64,000 nucleotides of DNA from Marsupella aquatica (Eukaryota; Plantae; Marchantiophyta). This document shows positions 1-13,563 of this stretch, one piece after another. Location of the stretch: the NCBI GenBank assembly GCA_973895155.1, contig OZ316894.1, positions 18,266,805 to 18,330,804 on the forward strand. The letters are read 5' to 3'. The position numbers and the translations under genes are program-made. The first letter of the stretch is position 1; the number at the start of each line of letters is the position of its first letter. The notes under the pieces were generated by a model. The model had not been told where the DNA came from, searched no databases, and worked only from the letters and a program-made list of their open reading frames with translations.

Positions 1-410
1 CCTGCTTCCAACGGAGGCTGTATCCCCCTGTTTTAGTCCTCAAGGCCTTCGTTAGGCAGAGGGTGTCTATTGAACTTGAGTGGGCTGAGACTTTCACCAT
101 TCTTTGTAGGGCCAAGGCTGTAAATTTGAGGGCTTCTAGACAGCGCCCTCTGCATGCCCTTTCTATGCAACTTACTCCGGTGCTATACCAAGCTTTTCAA
201 TTTTCCTCCAAGTTGGGTTTTCTTCTTCTCTGTTCATTTGTAGGCTCTGTGTTCTTTTGTGTTTGATAGGCGCTCTCAGGCTTGTGGGGCCTCCTTGGTC
301 CTCTTGTGACCTTTCTCTTTTCCTTTTCCCCCCTTTTTTGGGGAGGTCTTTGGCCTTTAGGATCATGTCCCCCAACTTGGTATTATTGTGTTTTGGAACT
401 ATGATATGCA
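1..410. repeat. Dispersed repeat (probable TE remnant); inverted homolog at ~10830-11240
   Basis: ctttcaccattctttgtagggccaaggctgtaaatttgagggcttctaga (~91-140) matches the reverse complement of ~11097-11146, and similarity continues through the cttgtggggcctc segment. Confidence 0.7.
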
Positions 411-1287
411 TCAGATGGTCACAATGTTGAGTCTTCTTTTCCAAGGATTCCAATTACAGTAAGTTAAAAAACACCATATCTGTTGTAATGCCACCTTTAC
501 GACTCCAGGATGTGCTTTTGCCTTGTCTTGGGGCCTATGCTGTGTTTGAAACTCAAAAGGTTTTCCACTTGTCACAGTTGGGCTTAAATTCGTTTCTGCT
601 GTTCACTTCGGTGATTGCTAATGCTCCTCAAGTACCAAAACTTCTTTCAAACATTGCTTAAGAGCTAGCCTGTTTCGAATGCAAGCAGTCCAGAAGCCAA
701 AGTGAAGGACCAATACAACAGATCTAACGGGGTTGTTTCAGATAATCAATTGCGTCCTCCTACACTATAGTCTTCCATCTACGGACCCAAGAATGACTGC
801 CCATGATTGGAATTTCTGGTCCAGGACGCCAACAAGGGTCACGCACCTCTATCACTTGTCAAAATGTCCACCACAACGAAATGATCAAAAGAAACAGCGC
901 GAGATTTGCGAAATCACCTGAGCAGATGTCAATGGCGTTCGAAGTCTTCATCTCATATATAATGCTCAAAAGGCTCCCAACATTCAACTAGAAGGAACTC
1001 TGCTCTTAACAAATGGCACTATGCTTACTAAGACAGGTAAACTACGTTGCTTACGTACTGTGCCAGCAGAATCATCATCAGGGTCTATCTGCTAACCAAC
1101 AAATGGGGCCAAGTCTCCTAAAATCTACCACAAAGGACTGTACATCACCCATGAAAACCAGAGCAGGTTCTCTAAGTGAGCGGCAGTGGCATGACCACAA
1201 TCCCATCACAAAGGCATAATTAGTCTAAATCTGAGAGAAAACGCTTCAAAATAAGGAACAGCGTCTGCAGTTTCCAAGATCATGCTT

Positions 1288-3186
1288 TCAGGGAACTGTG
1301 TTGTCTTCTTGAGGCATCTCTGCCTGACTATCCAAAGGCATGTACTGAGACATGATTGCACGGATCTCTGAGTCCATGTATGACTGTATTCTGTACTTGT
1401 ACACGACATAGCCTCCCAATCCCATAGCTACCAGCCCCGCCACAACCACTAATGACATCCACCAGCCCACTTTGGACGCGGACCTCAACTTACTGCTGAT
1501 GCATGTATCATGTTCCGCGCTATAGAAAAGATCGCTTCCACGACACTGGCAATCATAACTACCCCACTCGTTCTTACAGGTGCACTCTGGACACTGACAC
1601 GCCAACCTTTCTGAGCACTCGTTGATGTCAACGCATTCATTCACCCCGTCTCCCCTGAATCCTTCAGGACACCTACATCCTGTCCACAATGAATGCGTGC
1701 AAGCAGAAAAGGTGTGGCCTTCCTTGGATTGCTGCCAGCAACCTCCATTGTCAATCTTGCATCGCCCTGCTCCTGTGGGTTCACAAGACTTGTAGCCGTC
1801 TCCTTGAAACTGAACACCCTGGACCACAGGGCATTGGCACACACGGCCACGGAAAGTATCCAGACAAGCCGTCACATTGGCCTTGGGATTCTGCCAGCAG
1901 CCTCCGTTGTTGTCAAGGCATTCGTTGGTTTGCACAATTTCACTCAAGCATGGAGGAGGATCTGTGGTTTCCTTAAACCCAGAACAGATCGCCTTTAGCA
2001 CTGCAGCCTTGTCCAGCTTTCCTCGGTACTGCCTTTGATTTATCATGAGAGTCGGCAATATCGTCACGTCACCTCTATCACCATGCCCAACTTGAGCATC
2101 TTGCTCGACTTTCAGTATGGGGTTGTCCGCATCAGCTAGACGATCGCCCATACATCTGTTGACCGCAGCGACCTCTAACCCCAAAGACGTGATAACCTCC
2201 TCGGCGCAAATATCATTGTACTTGTTGTCTTTCATCGGGCATCGAATTTGAAAATCGGTGACATAATCCCACCATGTCCAAGCCCTCCCAATATCTTTGG
2301 AGACCTTGTGAACACAGAGCTGCCTCAAGTTCTCCACAACGACATCCTTCCCCTCGTAGCCTCGTCCGAAGTCCTGCTCTGGATCCGGTGCACAGTACCT
2401 TCCATTATTGATGCACTGAGACTGGCACTGCTTGCTCTCAATGAAGGGCTGAGGACAGTACCATGTGATGTAATGAGGAGTGAACTGGGTGTATTTTCCA
2501 CGCTCAAGAATTTGGGCGGCACCTTTGAAATTCTTGACGAAATCCATCTGGGCATCACACTTGGGTCCACATTCGTCGTTGCTGTTCGTCCAGAATTCGT
2601 ACTCGACGCGCTCATCGGGGTGAGGAAGAGACTCACTCCAATCTAGTTTGATAATGAGACTTCCCTTGCCAGTTTTCAGGTAATTCTTCATCTTGACGCC
2701 AAGGTCTTTTGTGATCAAGGCCGACGGAATTGTGATATTATCCACGTAATCCACACTATCTTTGCCATCTGTAGGGGAGTCCATGGTGATTAGCTCCTCA
2801 TCTGTGTCATCAGCGACCAGTACCGCAGCGGCTCCGGCTTGCTGTGCATTGAACACTTTCAGGGCGAAGTAACAATCGCCTCGATCGACGAGGACAACGA
2901 CCGGGCGGCCCCCGCCCGTCGAGTCCTCACGCCAGTTTTGTGCTTCATTAAATGCGATACACGCCTTTTCGCCCTCCGCTGTATAAACTACCGACCCCTC
3001 CATTGTCCCTCCATATTGCGGAATACCAAAATTGCCGATGGCGCTGTCGTATGAGCCTCTCAAGTCAACCGGTGAAGTTACTTTAATGCTGTTCTCCTCA
3101 ACTACAAATCGACACCGTGCCAGACCTACAAGCATGTGAAGGATTGTAGCGACGACAATCACAGAGCTAAACCGAAGGGCTGCCAT
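1288..3186 (-). CDS. VSR: Vacuolar sorting receptor (BP-80/VSR family), copy 1; 632 aa, intronless CDS
   Basis: Signal peptide then RFVVE, PA domain with [25 protein letters not shown], three EGF-like Cys repeats, TM helix, cytosolic [16 protein letters not shown] tail. Confidence 0.97.
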   Translation of the reverse strand: MAALRFSSVIVVATILHMLVGLARCRFVVEENSIKVTSPVDLRGSYDSAIGNFGIPQYGGTMEGSVVYTAEGEKACIAFNEAQNWREDSTGGGRPVVVLVDRGDCYFALKVFNAQQAGAAAVLVADDTDEELITMDSPTDGKDSVDYVDNITIPSALITKDLGVKMKNYLKTGKGSLIIKLDWSESLPHPDERVEYEFWTNSNDECGPKCDAQMDFVKNFKGAAQILERGKYTQFTPHYITWYCPQPFIESKQCQSQCINNGRYCAPDPEQDFGRGYEGKDVVVENLRQLCVHKVSKDIGRAWTWWDYVTDFQIRCPMKDNKYNDICAEEVITSLGLEVAAVNRCMGDRLADADNPILKVEQDAQVGHGDRGDVTILPTLMINQRQYRGKLDKAAVLKAICSGFKETTDPPPCLSEIVQTNECLDNNGGCWQNPKANVTACLDTFRGRVCQCPVVQGVQFQGDGYKSCEPTGAGRCKIDNGGCWQQSKEGHTFSACTHSLWTGCRCPEGFRGDGVNECVDINECSERLACQCPECTCKNEWGSYDCQCRGSDLFYSAEHDTCISSKLRSASKVGWWMSLVVVAGLVAMGLGGYVVYKYRIQSYMDSEIRAIMSQYMPLDSQAEMPQEDNTVP

Positions 3187-3199
3187 AGTGGCACCAGTC

Positions 3200-3527
3200 T
3201 AAACAAAAACCCTGATCAACGGATCGAGCAATGAAACCTCGGGGCACACAACTAAAACAACCAACTCGGCTCCGACGCCTACCGCAAGAGATCCTCCCTC
3301 AGCGGCCTCTAATCCACGACGTGACGAACAAATCTAATCTCCAGAACCCCACGAGGCCCCTCTTCCGAGCAGCCGGCCAATCTTGAGGCTGGCTTGGATT
3401 TGTTTTCTATCTGCACGACCACACAGATGTTGAAGTCCAGGGCTAAATAATTGCGACCACCCAGATGTTGAAGTCCAATGCTATATTATTGCGAAGTGCT
3501 TCAAAGTCGAGAAAAGTCAAAATTTAC
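3200..3527 (-). other. Predicted 5'-UTR intron of VSR copy 1
   Basis: Minus-strand CAAG|GTAAAT donor (GT at 3527-3526) and TTGATCAG / TTGTTTAG acceptors just upstream of the ATG; both conserved in copy 2. Confidence 0.55.
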
Positions 3528-3735
3528 CTTGCTTGCTCGGCTCTGTGCCCCACCGACCGACACACCACCCTCGTCAAAGGACTTTCATTCGTACAGAAAC
3601 GAACACAACAATGGAGCTTCTTCGCTGATCAGGGATCCGCCCCTCTAAGCAACAATACTCCTTTTCCTTGACAACACCCGCCCTCTCTCCTCATCTCCTC
3701 GTCCTGGCGTTCATTCCTTTGACCACCATTCACGG

Positions 3736-3737
<2 letters not shown>

Positions 3738-3770
<33 letters not shown>
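3738..3770. repeat. (CT)n/(GA)n microsatellite in the VSR1 5' region
   Basis: Directly visible. Confidence 0.95.
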
Positions 3771-3773
<3 letters not shown>

Positions 3774-4803
3774 CGTCCTCCCCGCAAATCCCACACAACT
3801 AAATGTGAAAGAGGAGAGAGCCGAGCTTCTCGATCTTTATCAACAACCACAAGCTTCCATGAATAGATCCGCCAAGAATGAGGGCGGGCACACCGCACTT
3901 CGTCCTGTGTCCGTGTCTGCTCCAAATGCCCGCAGAAGAAACTCACTCAACACCCATCACCCCTGGAGAGGACATCTGCACCGCCACCGCCAAGCTTCTC
4001 CCTCGCAAGCTTCACCAGGACGAAACTTAATTATAAAACTATCTGTGGGACGAGAGTCATCATTATCGTCGCCGTGGCTTGCGTCAACAGCAGACCTTCC
4101 TCCCCCATTCCTTCCCTCGAGGAAAAGAGATGGAGATTTGACCGCGAGACCATATTTTCAAGGTTTACTTGACTAGGAACGCAAGAAAAGTCTTGACTAG
4201 TAAATAACAGAAATAAATAATAATATAATCTACAACTAAAATCAGGGATCAGGCATTTTTTAGTCCTTCCTCCTAACACAATAGGGAAAAACCTTCTGGG
4301 TGGAAAAGATTCATAGCAATTGGATTTGTATGGCTGTTTTTCCTTACCATTGATGGAATAAATGGGCACCTTTGACACATATATGCTTCCCCGGCTGCCC
4401 CATAAATGCCCCGACCCGACTCCCTATGGGCCGGTCTTCCTTGCGCCATGCAACGCACGGGCATAGGGCCCGTAAATCACCATAATAAGGGATGCCCCCA
4501 AGTTCCCCATGGAAGGGCCTTTCCCACTTACCTGGTAGCAAGCCTGGCCACATGTTGGATTTCAATCACATACAAATGTCTATGTTTGTCTACATGTTTG
4601 CAATATACATAATGATATGATTAGTGTTTTAAGGCAAGGCCAACAAAAACAATTAGATTTGAAAACCATAATACTGCAATTCCAAAGGTAAATGTGAGAA
4701 TAATTCACACCTCGGGCAACAAAGTTGGACTATGGGCACAATGCAAGATAGTCACAAGAAGAGGTGCATGTAGTCTAATTTCTTTGATTGATTGATAATT
4801 AAC

Positions 4804-7800
4804 AGTATGGTGTGCACCTTTTTTCTTTTTTTTCTTTTTTTTCTTTTTTCTTTTTTTTTTCAAACCGAGAAACTTTATTCCATGGGCCAAAAAACAATAC
4901 ATACCGCCTGGAGGGGGAAGGCAGCAAAAAAGGAAAAAGAGAATAGGTGGCTGAGAGGGGGAGCACACCCATATATGCTGGGAGACGACAACACAGCCCA
5001 GACCGCCTGGGGAGAGGGAGGCGGAAAGAGGGGACTGATGGCCCAGAAGACAAAGAACCTATAGTGGCCTAAGAGACAATTATGTGCATATCAACTGGAA
5101 AGAACCTGGTGGCACAAAACCGGAGACCACCCAAGAATACTATCCCAAAGATGGCCAAGTCCATACCCTGCTGGTCACCAAAAATGAGCCGTACCCTGCC
5201 CAGCCCCAAAACAAACCAAATGAATGTCGCCACTTCATCGAGGACAGCCGCAGCTGGACTAAGAGATGCAGCACACACCACGCATAACCAGAATACATGC
5301 CAAAGCGGAACAAAGCAAGGAGGAATAACCATGGGTCAAAAGAAGGTATCCCAGGAGCGCGATGATGAGCAAGACGGCTATATCAATTCGACGGATACTA
5401 CCTTCGATCTAGGCCCCACACATCCTGCCATTCTGAAACGGCACCTGAACGCATCCGCAACATGGCTAGAGCAGAGTCGAAAGAGCCGCGACGTTCACTC
5501 CAACAAAAAGCTAGACACCTAGAATCCGCTCCACAATGAGATGGGACACTGGGAATCAGCCCGTCTACGCCAGCAGCCGAAGACTGGCCCAAAGGATGAG
5601 GGGAACACCAGGATGAGCCTTCATAGGTCTGAAACCGACTTTCATCCCAGTGGCCAGAATGGAGAGAAACCTGAGCCTGAATCTCGAACCAAAATCTGAG
5701 CTTTGTGCCTCAGGCCGAGTCGAACCTTATGGCCCCGAGAAAAGGACATAGGGCAGAGTCCGCACCGCTCACACTGGGATCCACTGCCATAGCCGAGAAA
5801 AAACCAGACAATTGCAATACCATATGCCTGACAAGGAGGGGGACCGGTAAACTGAAGTGCCCCATCCACAAGAATGATCATCACGAGGCAAGGAAGTACC
5901 CCATATCCCATAGTTCGTCATAGATCCTTCGTCTCCATCAACGGACCACACACAATACAATAGGACGGCCAGCAGGGTAAAAGTGACTGTAACCATCCCC
6001 AAGACAGATCCCTAGAAGAAACCAATCTATATGCAACCCAGGCAGGATCCTATTGAACGCACTAGGAAGGAGCAAACCTTAGCAACTATGATCAACTGAG
6101 CCATTAGGGTGGTACAACCTCCCAGACTACGGGAGGAGAGCCTAAGAAACTAGGCAAAACTATCTATTAAATATCTACTATGAATGATGACTGGCTCACC
6201 TGGTGAGGAGAGTAGAGCCAGAGCAACGAGCCAACCAGAAGACTAACCTAGGTCGAATGCAACTGTAAATGAGAGAGACAACCCCAATAGGGGGAAGCCC
6301 CAAACTCCTGAGAGCACAAAATGATATATCAGAATGAGAGAGAAGATCCGCTGATCGAGGGGAAAGCCTCTAACATCATAGATCCCATATAGTATGAAAA
6401 GGATGGGGAAGAGCAAACGCCGAGGCAAGAGCAGAGGTGGTGCAACAGCACAGAGATCCGTAAATATGCTGATAGAATGCCGATGTCCAAATACTGGCAA
6501 CGAGACAGCCGAAGAGAGAGGTGATAAGAACACAGACTGAGAGCATATATCTGGTTCTGCTCAAGCTAACATATGCTAGATAAGCAGATTTGGAAACATA
6601 AGGTACAAAGAAGGTGGGAAACATATGACACGACCATAGAAGAGGAAAGGTTTTGAGAATAATAGATATAGATATTTTGCTGAGCAGGAGAGCCTGGTGG
6701 GGAGGAACAAAGGAGTGAGACAAAGGAGGGGGTTGCCCCGAGATCTGATGAGAGAGGAACAATGCATGATATAAAAGGTGGGAGTGAGGAGGAGAGGTCC
6801 TATTAGAAAAGTCATCTTTGGGAACGGAGAGCAAGGGGAGAAGATATGTATTTAACAGCATAGTGTAGCCTCTGTTTTTGCTTCTCAGGGGAGGAGCAGA
6901 TAACAACCGATCTAAGGTGGAAAATGGCTGAGGAGGCAGCAGCAAAGGGGGAGAAAACCGCTGTTTGGCCCTGAAAAAAGCGAAGGTTCCGTTTTTTCCA
7001 GATTGCCCACAGGGTTTCGTATATTACAAATAACCTAGCAGATAAACGAGGAGAACGGCCAAGAGCCAGGTCCAAAGTGCTAAGGAAAGAGGAACCTCCC
7101 GGGAGGTGAGACAAAGCTGGGACCCGCTCAAAGAACCATGCGGTATGGTTTCAAGCAGCTGTAGAGTATGAGCAGGAGAAAAACAAGTGTCGACTATCTT
7201 CAATGAATTCTCTGCAAAAAAAGGCAGATGCCATCCCCTTGCCCACATTGGAGAGCTCTCCTGCCTGTAAAGAGTCCTGCAGCAATAACCCTCCAGATAA
7301 AAATTTTCCCTCTATGGGATAAGTAAGAACGCCAGATCCTTCGCCATCTTCTCTGCCAGACAGCCAGAGAATCAGATGCTTCCCACCGAGAGTTAAGTGA
7401 TGCAAAATCATAGGCTGATTTATCTAGCAAGGAATATGCAGAAGCGTTGCTCAGATGACAAGGGACCCGAAGAGATTTAATTCCCTGCCAGAACCATTGC
7501 GCTACATTGAAAGGATAAGAGAGAGAGGGCGAAGGACCACTTTGAAGTAGCCCAATAGTGGTCCCAAGTAAATCTCGGTACATGGGGCTCAATCCACGGA
7601 GCCTGAAGATACGTATCAAAAAGTCAATCCAATTGTTAGAGATCCAATCCCAAAGGTCCTGAGCGGAGCGAATATTTAAACGTTTGCAGGCCAATGTAAT
7701 GAGTGGAAGAGAGGTGAGAGGGAAGCCATTAGAACAAAAGGTTAACAATAGTAGGTCCCCAATATTCCACCGAGCCGGAAGGGCAGAAGGACCCGCACTC

Positions 7801-9293
7801 CACAAAAGCTTACCCCGAATCTTGGCCCAGGCCGACCATATGCCTGCTGTGTAGCCCATGCCACGAAATGATGATGGGTAGGAGAACAAGAACCGGTCCA
7901 TTATTGAGTAGCCTGAGTTCTTGAGGTGAATCGATTCTTTCCAGGCTGCAAGCCGAAGGTTTTCGGAGAAGAGGATGGCCCACTCAGAGAGGGGATCCGT
8001 AAGCATACGTACTGCCCATCTGGCCAGAAGAGCGGAGGCCTGGAGCCTGATATTTTTAAAGCCTAGGCCTCCATCTTGCTTCTTACCGCTCATACGGTCC
8101 CAAGAGACGAGGGGGGTCTTCCTTCCACCATCCTTGTTGAAACCCCACAGGAAGTCTTTACATATTTTTTGTATCTTATCTGAAAGACTCTCTGTCAATT
8201 GGGTGTACATCATGTGATAAACGGTCATGGATAGGAGAACCTATTTTACTAGAAGGACTCTACCTGTGAAGGAGAAGTTTTTATTAGACCAACTAGCCAG
8301 ACAACGATTGAGTTTTTTTAGGCAGAAATCCTGAAACTGAAGATTAGTCAGATGGTGACCGATAGGAGCACCCAGATAGCTTGTCGATTGACCCTGTGGA
8401 ATAATAATACAATTAGAATTTTTGAGCCATGTAGGGAGGGATTCCAAGCAATAGGTGACGATCTCTGTTTTCTCCAAATTCAGGCGCGCTCCTGTTGCCA
8501 ATTCATATTGATCCATTATTGCACGAATTTCCAGAAAGCAAGATTCCCGAGCTGGGGTAAGAACTCCAAGGTCGTCTACAAAGAAACGGTGAAATAGTGT
8601 GAGCAGATCATTAATTTTTATACTGTGCACTTTCCCCTCCCGCAGCGCTACTTCGAATACATCCATAAGAGGCTGAGTCAAAAGTGCATAGATTAGCGGA
8701 GCTAGAGGACAGCCTTGGCAAACACCACGAATTAGCAGAATCGGTTTAGTAAACTGTCCGTTTACGTGTACCTTGGCCGAGGCATTGTTCATTAGACCCA
8801 TAATAATCCTGATGAGATGGGCACTCAGCCCCGAAGCCATCAATGTGTCCCTTATGTATCTATGGTCTACCCTATCGAAGGCTTTAGAAAAATCCATTTT
8901 CATAAAGAGAGCTGGTACATTGTTAGTAGTGAGCCAATCAGAAGCTAACCACGCAATCGAGACGTTGTCCAGGATTTGCCTTCCGGGCACGAATCCTGTT
9001 TGTTGGATGTTTACCATCTTGGGCATGATCGTTCACAGACGAATTGCTATTAATTTAGCTATGATCTTATAAGCTATGTTTAGAAGAGTGATTGGACGCC
9101 AGTTTGATAGTCTTGATTTGTCCGACGATTTAGGAACCAACTTAATGACTCCATCTAAGAACCCTGGTAACATTACACCGTCTGACCAAAAAGATATTAT
9201 CATTTGAAGGAATAGAGGAGAAATAAAGTCCCAGCATGCCATGAATACCTCAATAGTTAGTCCATCGATACCCAGAGTATGGTGTGCACCTTT
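4804..9293 (-). mobile_element. 5'-truncated L1-clade LINE with A-rich tail and 18-bp target-site duplication
   Basis: TSD AGTATGGTGTGCACCTTT at 4804-4821 and 9276-9293; T-rich tract ~4820-4860 is the A-rich tail on the minus strand; RT motifs in ORFs between 8241 and 9299. Confidence 0.93.
6812..9275 (-). pseudogene. Disrupted LINE ORF2 (RT plus C-terminal zf-RVT-like region)
   Basis: WRPITLLNIAYKIIAK, KMDFSKAFDRV, GVCQGCPLAP, FVDD, YLG, CLFC..E..HLFFSC and LWAIWKKRN motifs; in-frame stops at ~9033 and ~8241; frameshift in the homopolymer run at ~7217-7223. Confidence 0.9.
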
Positions 9294-10274
9294 GAGCATC
9301 CATACTTTAAATTAGTCAATTACTCTTTTTTGAGTTTTCATCATTTTTGTTTCTAGATGTTACTGGGCTAAGTTAGCATTTTGAGAGGCTCGACTTCCTC
9401 CCAAAATGTAAAACTCCCCATTCTTTGACCTCATACTTACAAGGAAGATCATCGAAGGCAAATCGCAGCACCGTAGGCATACCAGCTCTACTCACAATCG
9501 GAGGTCTAGGACATTCAACTTCTGGTTCCTCCATAGGCACCATCCAGTAGGAATACCTCTCATTGTTGTATGTCCGCTACCCCCCCCCCTTAAGGGAAAC
9601 CATCAAAGAACCTCGTGAAGGACCAGCCTCCTCTCTCTTCAAAGAGGCATCCACGTCCACTGCACTCTTCTCTCATTTGGTGGGACTGTGCCATGTCGAC
9701 TCAGCAAATCATGCAAATATTGCATTATAACCATCATGAATCTCAACATGGCAAGAGAAAGATGAATTACCAAGTCACGCAAAATTCCAACTTGACGCGC
9801 CATCAGCACCGCACTCAACGTCTATGAAGTTCTTTGCATCTGACTGGGATTAGAAGTCCATTGTAGTTGTATAGACACTTGTATGGGACCATTTGCAAAT
9901 TCTGTGTCAAGAAATCCAAGGTCAAGAGGAGGTGTTGAAATGTCCACCTCACAGCAATAGTCTGTGAGCTGTTGTATTTTCTTCCTTGGATCTTGTTGCC
10001 AATCGAGCCGTTCTCTATGACTAAATTAGCAGTCATTGATTAGCTCGCCTTTTATCTCAGTGGCACTTACGTCTTCTTGCGTTTACTTTTTTACTGTTAT
10101 GTACTATGTCACATCACCACCTTCCGGTTGTCATGTTCGGTGCTGCATCACCTTAATTACCTGTGTATTTAATGATCCTCAGACAAAGGACTTATCAAGA
10201 GATTTTAATTATACCCGGATTTTCTACAGCCGGCCTTTCTGGACTTTGTTCCTACCTACATATCTACAGTTCAT

Positions 10275-11455
10275 GACCACACAGATGTTGAAGTCCAAGG
10301 CTAAATAATTGCAAAGTGGTTCAGAGGTCAAAAGGTCCCTATTCTTACCTTGCTCACTCGGCTCTATGCCTGACCAACCGACACACCGCCCTTGTCAAGG
10401 GGCTTTTATTTGTAAAGAAGCAAACACAACAATAGAGCAAGCTTCCCCGGATCAGGGATCCGCCCCTCTCACCAACAATACTATGTTTCCTCGACAACAG
10501 CAGCCCTCTCCATCTCCTTGTCCTAGCATTCATTCCTTTGCCCAGCATAAACGGCTTGGTATGTCTTGCTCTCTCCCTCCTACCTTTTCCACAAATGCCA
10601 CAACAAAATGTGAAAGAGGAGAACTCAGAGCCAAACTCCCGATGTTCATTAACAACCACCAGCTGCTAGGTCCGCCAAGGACAAGTGTGAGCACACTCAC
10701 TCACTCACTCCCATCCAAATCACTGCAGAAGAAATTTTCTCAACACCCATCACCCGTTAAACCGACATGCCACCCCCACCGCCAAGCTCCACCAGGACAA
10801 AACTTTAAATCTATCTATTGAACTAGTTATCCCTGTGCCAAAGAACAAATACACCTAACCACGAGACATGACATATATACCACTATACATGATCCCCAAC
10901 GCAAAAGACAAGGAGGGAAGAGTAAAAGGAAGGACCACAAGAGGGCCAAAGAGGCCCCACAAGCTCGAGAGGCCCCATGGAACAAAAAATAAACAACTGA
11001 ATAGACAAGACTAAAACCCTAGTGAGTGGGTGGAAACTGAAAAGCCTGGTAGAACTCTACCGCAAATTGCATAAGAGGGTCATGCAGAGGAATTTGTCTA
11101 GAAGCCCTAAAAGCTACAGCCTTGGCCCTATGAAGAATGGTGAAACTTTGCGCTAGCTGAAGTGTAATGGACACCCTAGTGTAATGGACACCCTCTATCT
11201 AAGGAAGACGTTGAGGACTGAAAGAAGGCAACATGGCCTCCATTCTATGCAAAAGACCTATCAAAGCTAGGGTGGATAGATAGATTTCCAGAGCAAAAGG
11301 GTTTAGGGCCACCATCATCATTGTACTTGTGGCTTGCGTCAACAGAATACCTTCCTCCCTCATTCCTTCCTTCGAAGAAAAGAGATGGAATTAGACCATG
11401 AGAAATTATTCACCTTCCTCACAAAACACTATTTTCAATGTTTTACTGACTTGAA
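10275..11455 (-). promoter_or_regulatory. Orphan third copy of VSR upstream region (promoter, non-coding exon, splice donor), interrupted by a ~500-bp repeat
   Basis: 10275-10815 aligns directly with 3415-4030 and 11310-11455 with 4055-4170; donor CAAG|GTAAG conserved at ~10348; no VSR CDS follows. Confidence 0.8.
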
Positions 11456-12719
11456 AGGCAAAAAAAATACAGAAAAAATATGTTACAACTGGCAAAGAAT
11501 AAAAATGCACCATACCAAGCTAAACAAGTTAGAGGATCACAAAGGCAATCACCAAGGCAAGAGACCCAATACAGGGCTTTCTCTAGATTTCTTTTTCTAG
11601 CGTATTAAGCAAATAATGTGAAAATAATAAGACAGTGCCTAAATCAAGATTTTTATAATATTTGACTTGGCAAGGCCTACACGAGGGCCTACAGGAAAGG
11701 AACCCTATTTATTAATTTTTATGTTTACATCTGCCACATATAGACTATATCATCATGTGATGACACCCTGTGTTTTGGGGTCACCCAGTAAGGCCAGTAT
11801 GTGTCTTTTGGCTAGGACAGATATATAGATTCACCAAGGTAGAAAATATTGTTCCATTGGAACCTCAATAGCTCCGGAATCTCAAATATAAATTGGAGTA
11901 TTTTTCTAGCGTTCGCAGAAGCCACCTAAAATTTAGTCATTTGGAGTCCAAATCCTAATTATTTCTTTATTTAATATACAACCTTGAAGTATGCACTAAG
12001 CAACTGAGCAAGAGAAACTAAGATGTTGGGCTGGAAATGGAAGGAGAAAAAGAAAATGCAGGAGAGTTGATAGGATTTGCGCTCACTGCAAGCCTACATG
12101 CTCAAGACATTTACTTTGTGATGATGGTCAAGCTTAGAAAGAAGTTAGTCAAAGTAACTAAGTTGTGGTGATATTTAGCAGCAAGTAGGCAACCATGTTC
12201 TTGTGCAGGACTGTGGTATATATGTAATGAAGGGCAATCTAACACTAAGACAAGGGCATACGGCCCAGTACAAAGTCTAGAGCATAGCCTGTAGACCATG
12301 ACTATTGGGGCACAAAGAATTGCGTTATTTTGATTTCTATCTTCAAAGGAAAACGTCGTCTTCTCCTCCACAAAGACAAGACGGACCAAAAGGACAAGAG
12401 CCCCCTACGGCACTAAGCCACAGATAACTTAGTCTAGCTCTTTGAGAAAAGGATTTTAAAATGGACCGTCATTTCCAAAATCTTTACCGGAAACTATGTG
12501 AAATCATGAAGAAGCCAGCCATAAAGAGGAATGCAAACGGGCCAAACTGAATTGCTTTGGGTTTCCACATACACATAGGATCATGTGTGATGTTACTATA
12601 CGTTACGTACTTGTTCTATTTTAGAGGCATTTTAGAGGCATAGTAAACAATTTTAAAATACTCGAACGGTAACTAATACAGTTACAGTGAAAAAAAATGT
12701 TATCTCTTTCTTTGTATTC

Positions 12720-12915
12720 TTTTTTTGTTTGTACACTTAATAGTTATATAGCATGGCACCCCCAAAATTACATTGCTTTTGCCACAAACACGACAAAGAC
12801 TTTTTGGTTTACAGAAAACCTGCTCTATCCTGTTTGCCACCATCCTTGCTAATGTGGCGCATCCTAGTGCCAGAGAATTTGCAAGAGACCCCTAATGGGG
12901 GTCCTTAAATATAGT
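12720..12915. repeat. Dispersed repeat; inverted copy at ~29155-29360
   Basis: gaatttgcaagagacccctaatgggggtcc matches the reverse complement of ggacccccattagaagtcccttgcaaattc; the catggcacccccaaaattaca segment also matches. Confidence 0.7.
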
Positions 12916-13563
12916 TGGGGTGTAACTGAAATGGGTTCTCACCATCTATTGATGAGCACAGCTCAGGCATTTAGGCTAGTTAAACATGATATTATTGGAA
13001 GCAGATTTCAGTAGGTTACATGAGATCCAATAATTAGTTTTAAGTTTTGTGTGAGGAATGTGGTCAAGAAACATAGTGTTATGACTTTTTCACATTCCTC
13101 CGGGAGGATTAGGTCCAGTAGAGTTTTTAGAGCTCTATGATTTTGAATAGTCAAGTCTGATTTGGAGATGAGAAGAATCTCCTACACTCCTAAGGCGAGC
13201 CCACACCTATAGATAATATGTTTAGTGTAGTACATATAGTTGAAGATGTATCATGCTTACTCTACACCAGGAGATTGCAAAGTGAGGGTTTCTCAGTAGT
13301 TTTTAACAATATGCTTGAAAATTTTGGGAGGTTGTGATGGCATTGAGATCCAAATGTAACCAGGGATAGAGATGTTATACTTAACATGCGTGTACCACTA
13401 ATTGCTATATTTGATCTGGGCAGATTGACTATTGGGGATCTCTAACAAAAGTTGAGCAAGACCGTAGACACTTCAAGTTTTCCGTAAACCATTTTGACCA
13501 CATGGATATTCTTGTGCTGCTATTAACTGGGCCATGATTCAAAGAGCTCTTTGGTCACATATA

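Larger units (their letters stand above)
900..4085 (-). repeat. Left arm of inverted segmental duplication (partner ~16825-19955)
   Basis: CDS, 3' flank (gaagtcttcatctca ~941 vs tgagatgaagacttc ~19904) and ~900 bp of 5' flank align as reverse complements. Confidence 0.9.

Noticed and set aside
2248-2646. 132-aa antisense ORF conserved in both VSR copies (also 18245-18643)
   Set aside because: Shadow ORF opposite a conserved CDS; explained by the duplication.
9276-9299. MLKGAHHT as the LINE ORF start
   Set aside because: These codons come from the TSD and host flank, not the element.
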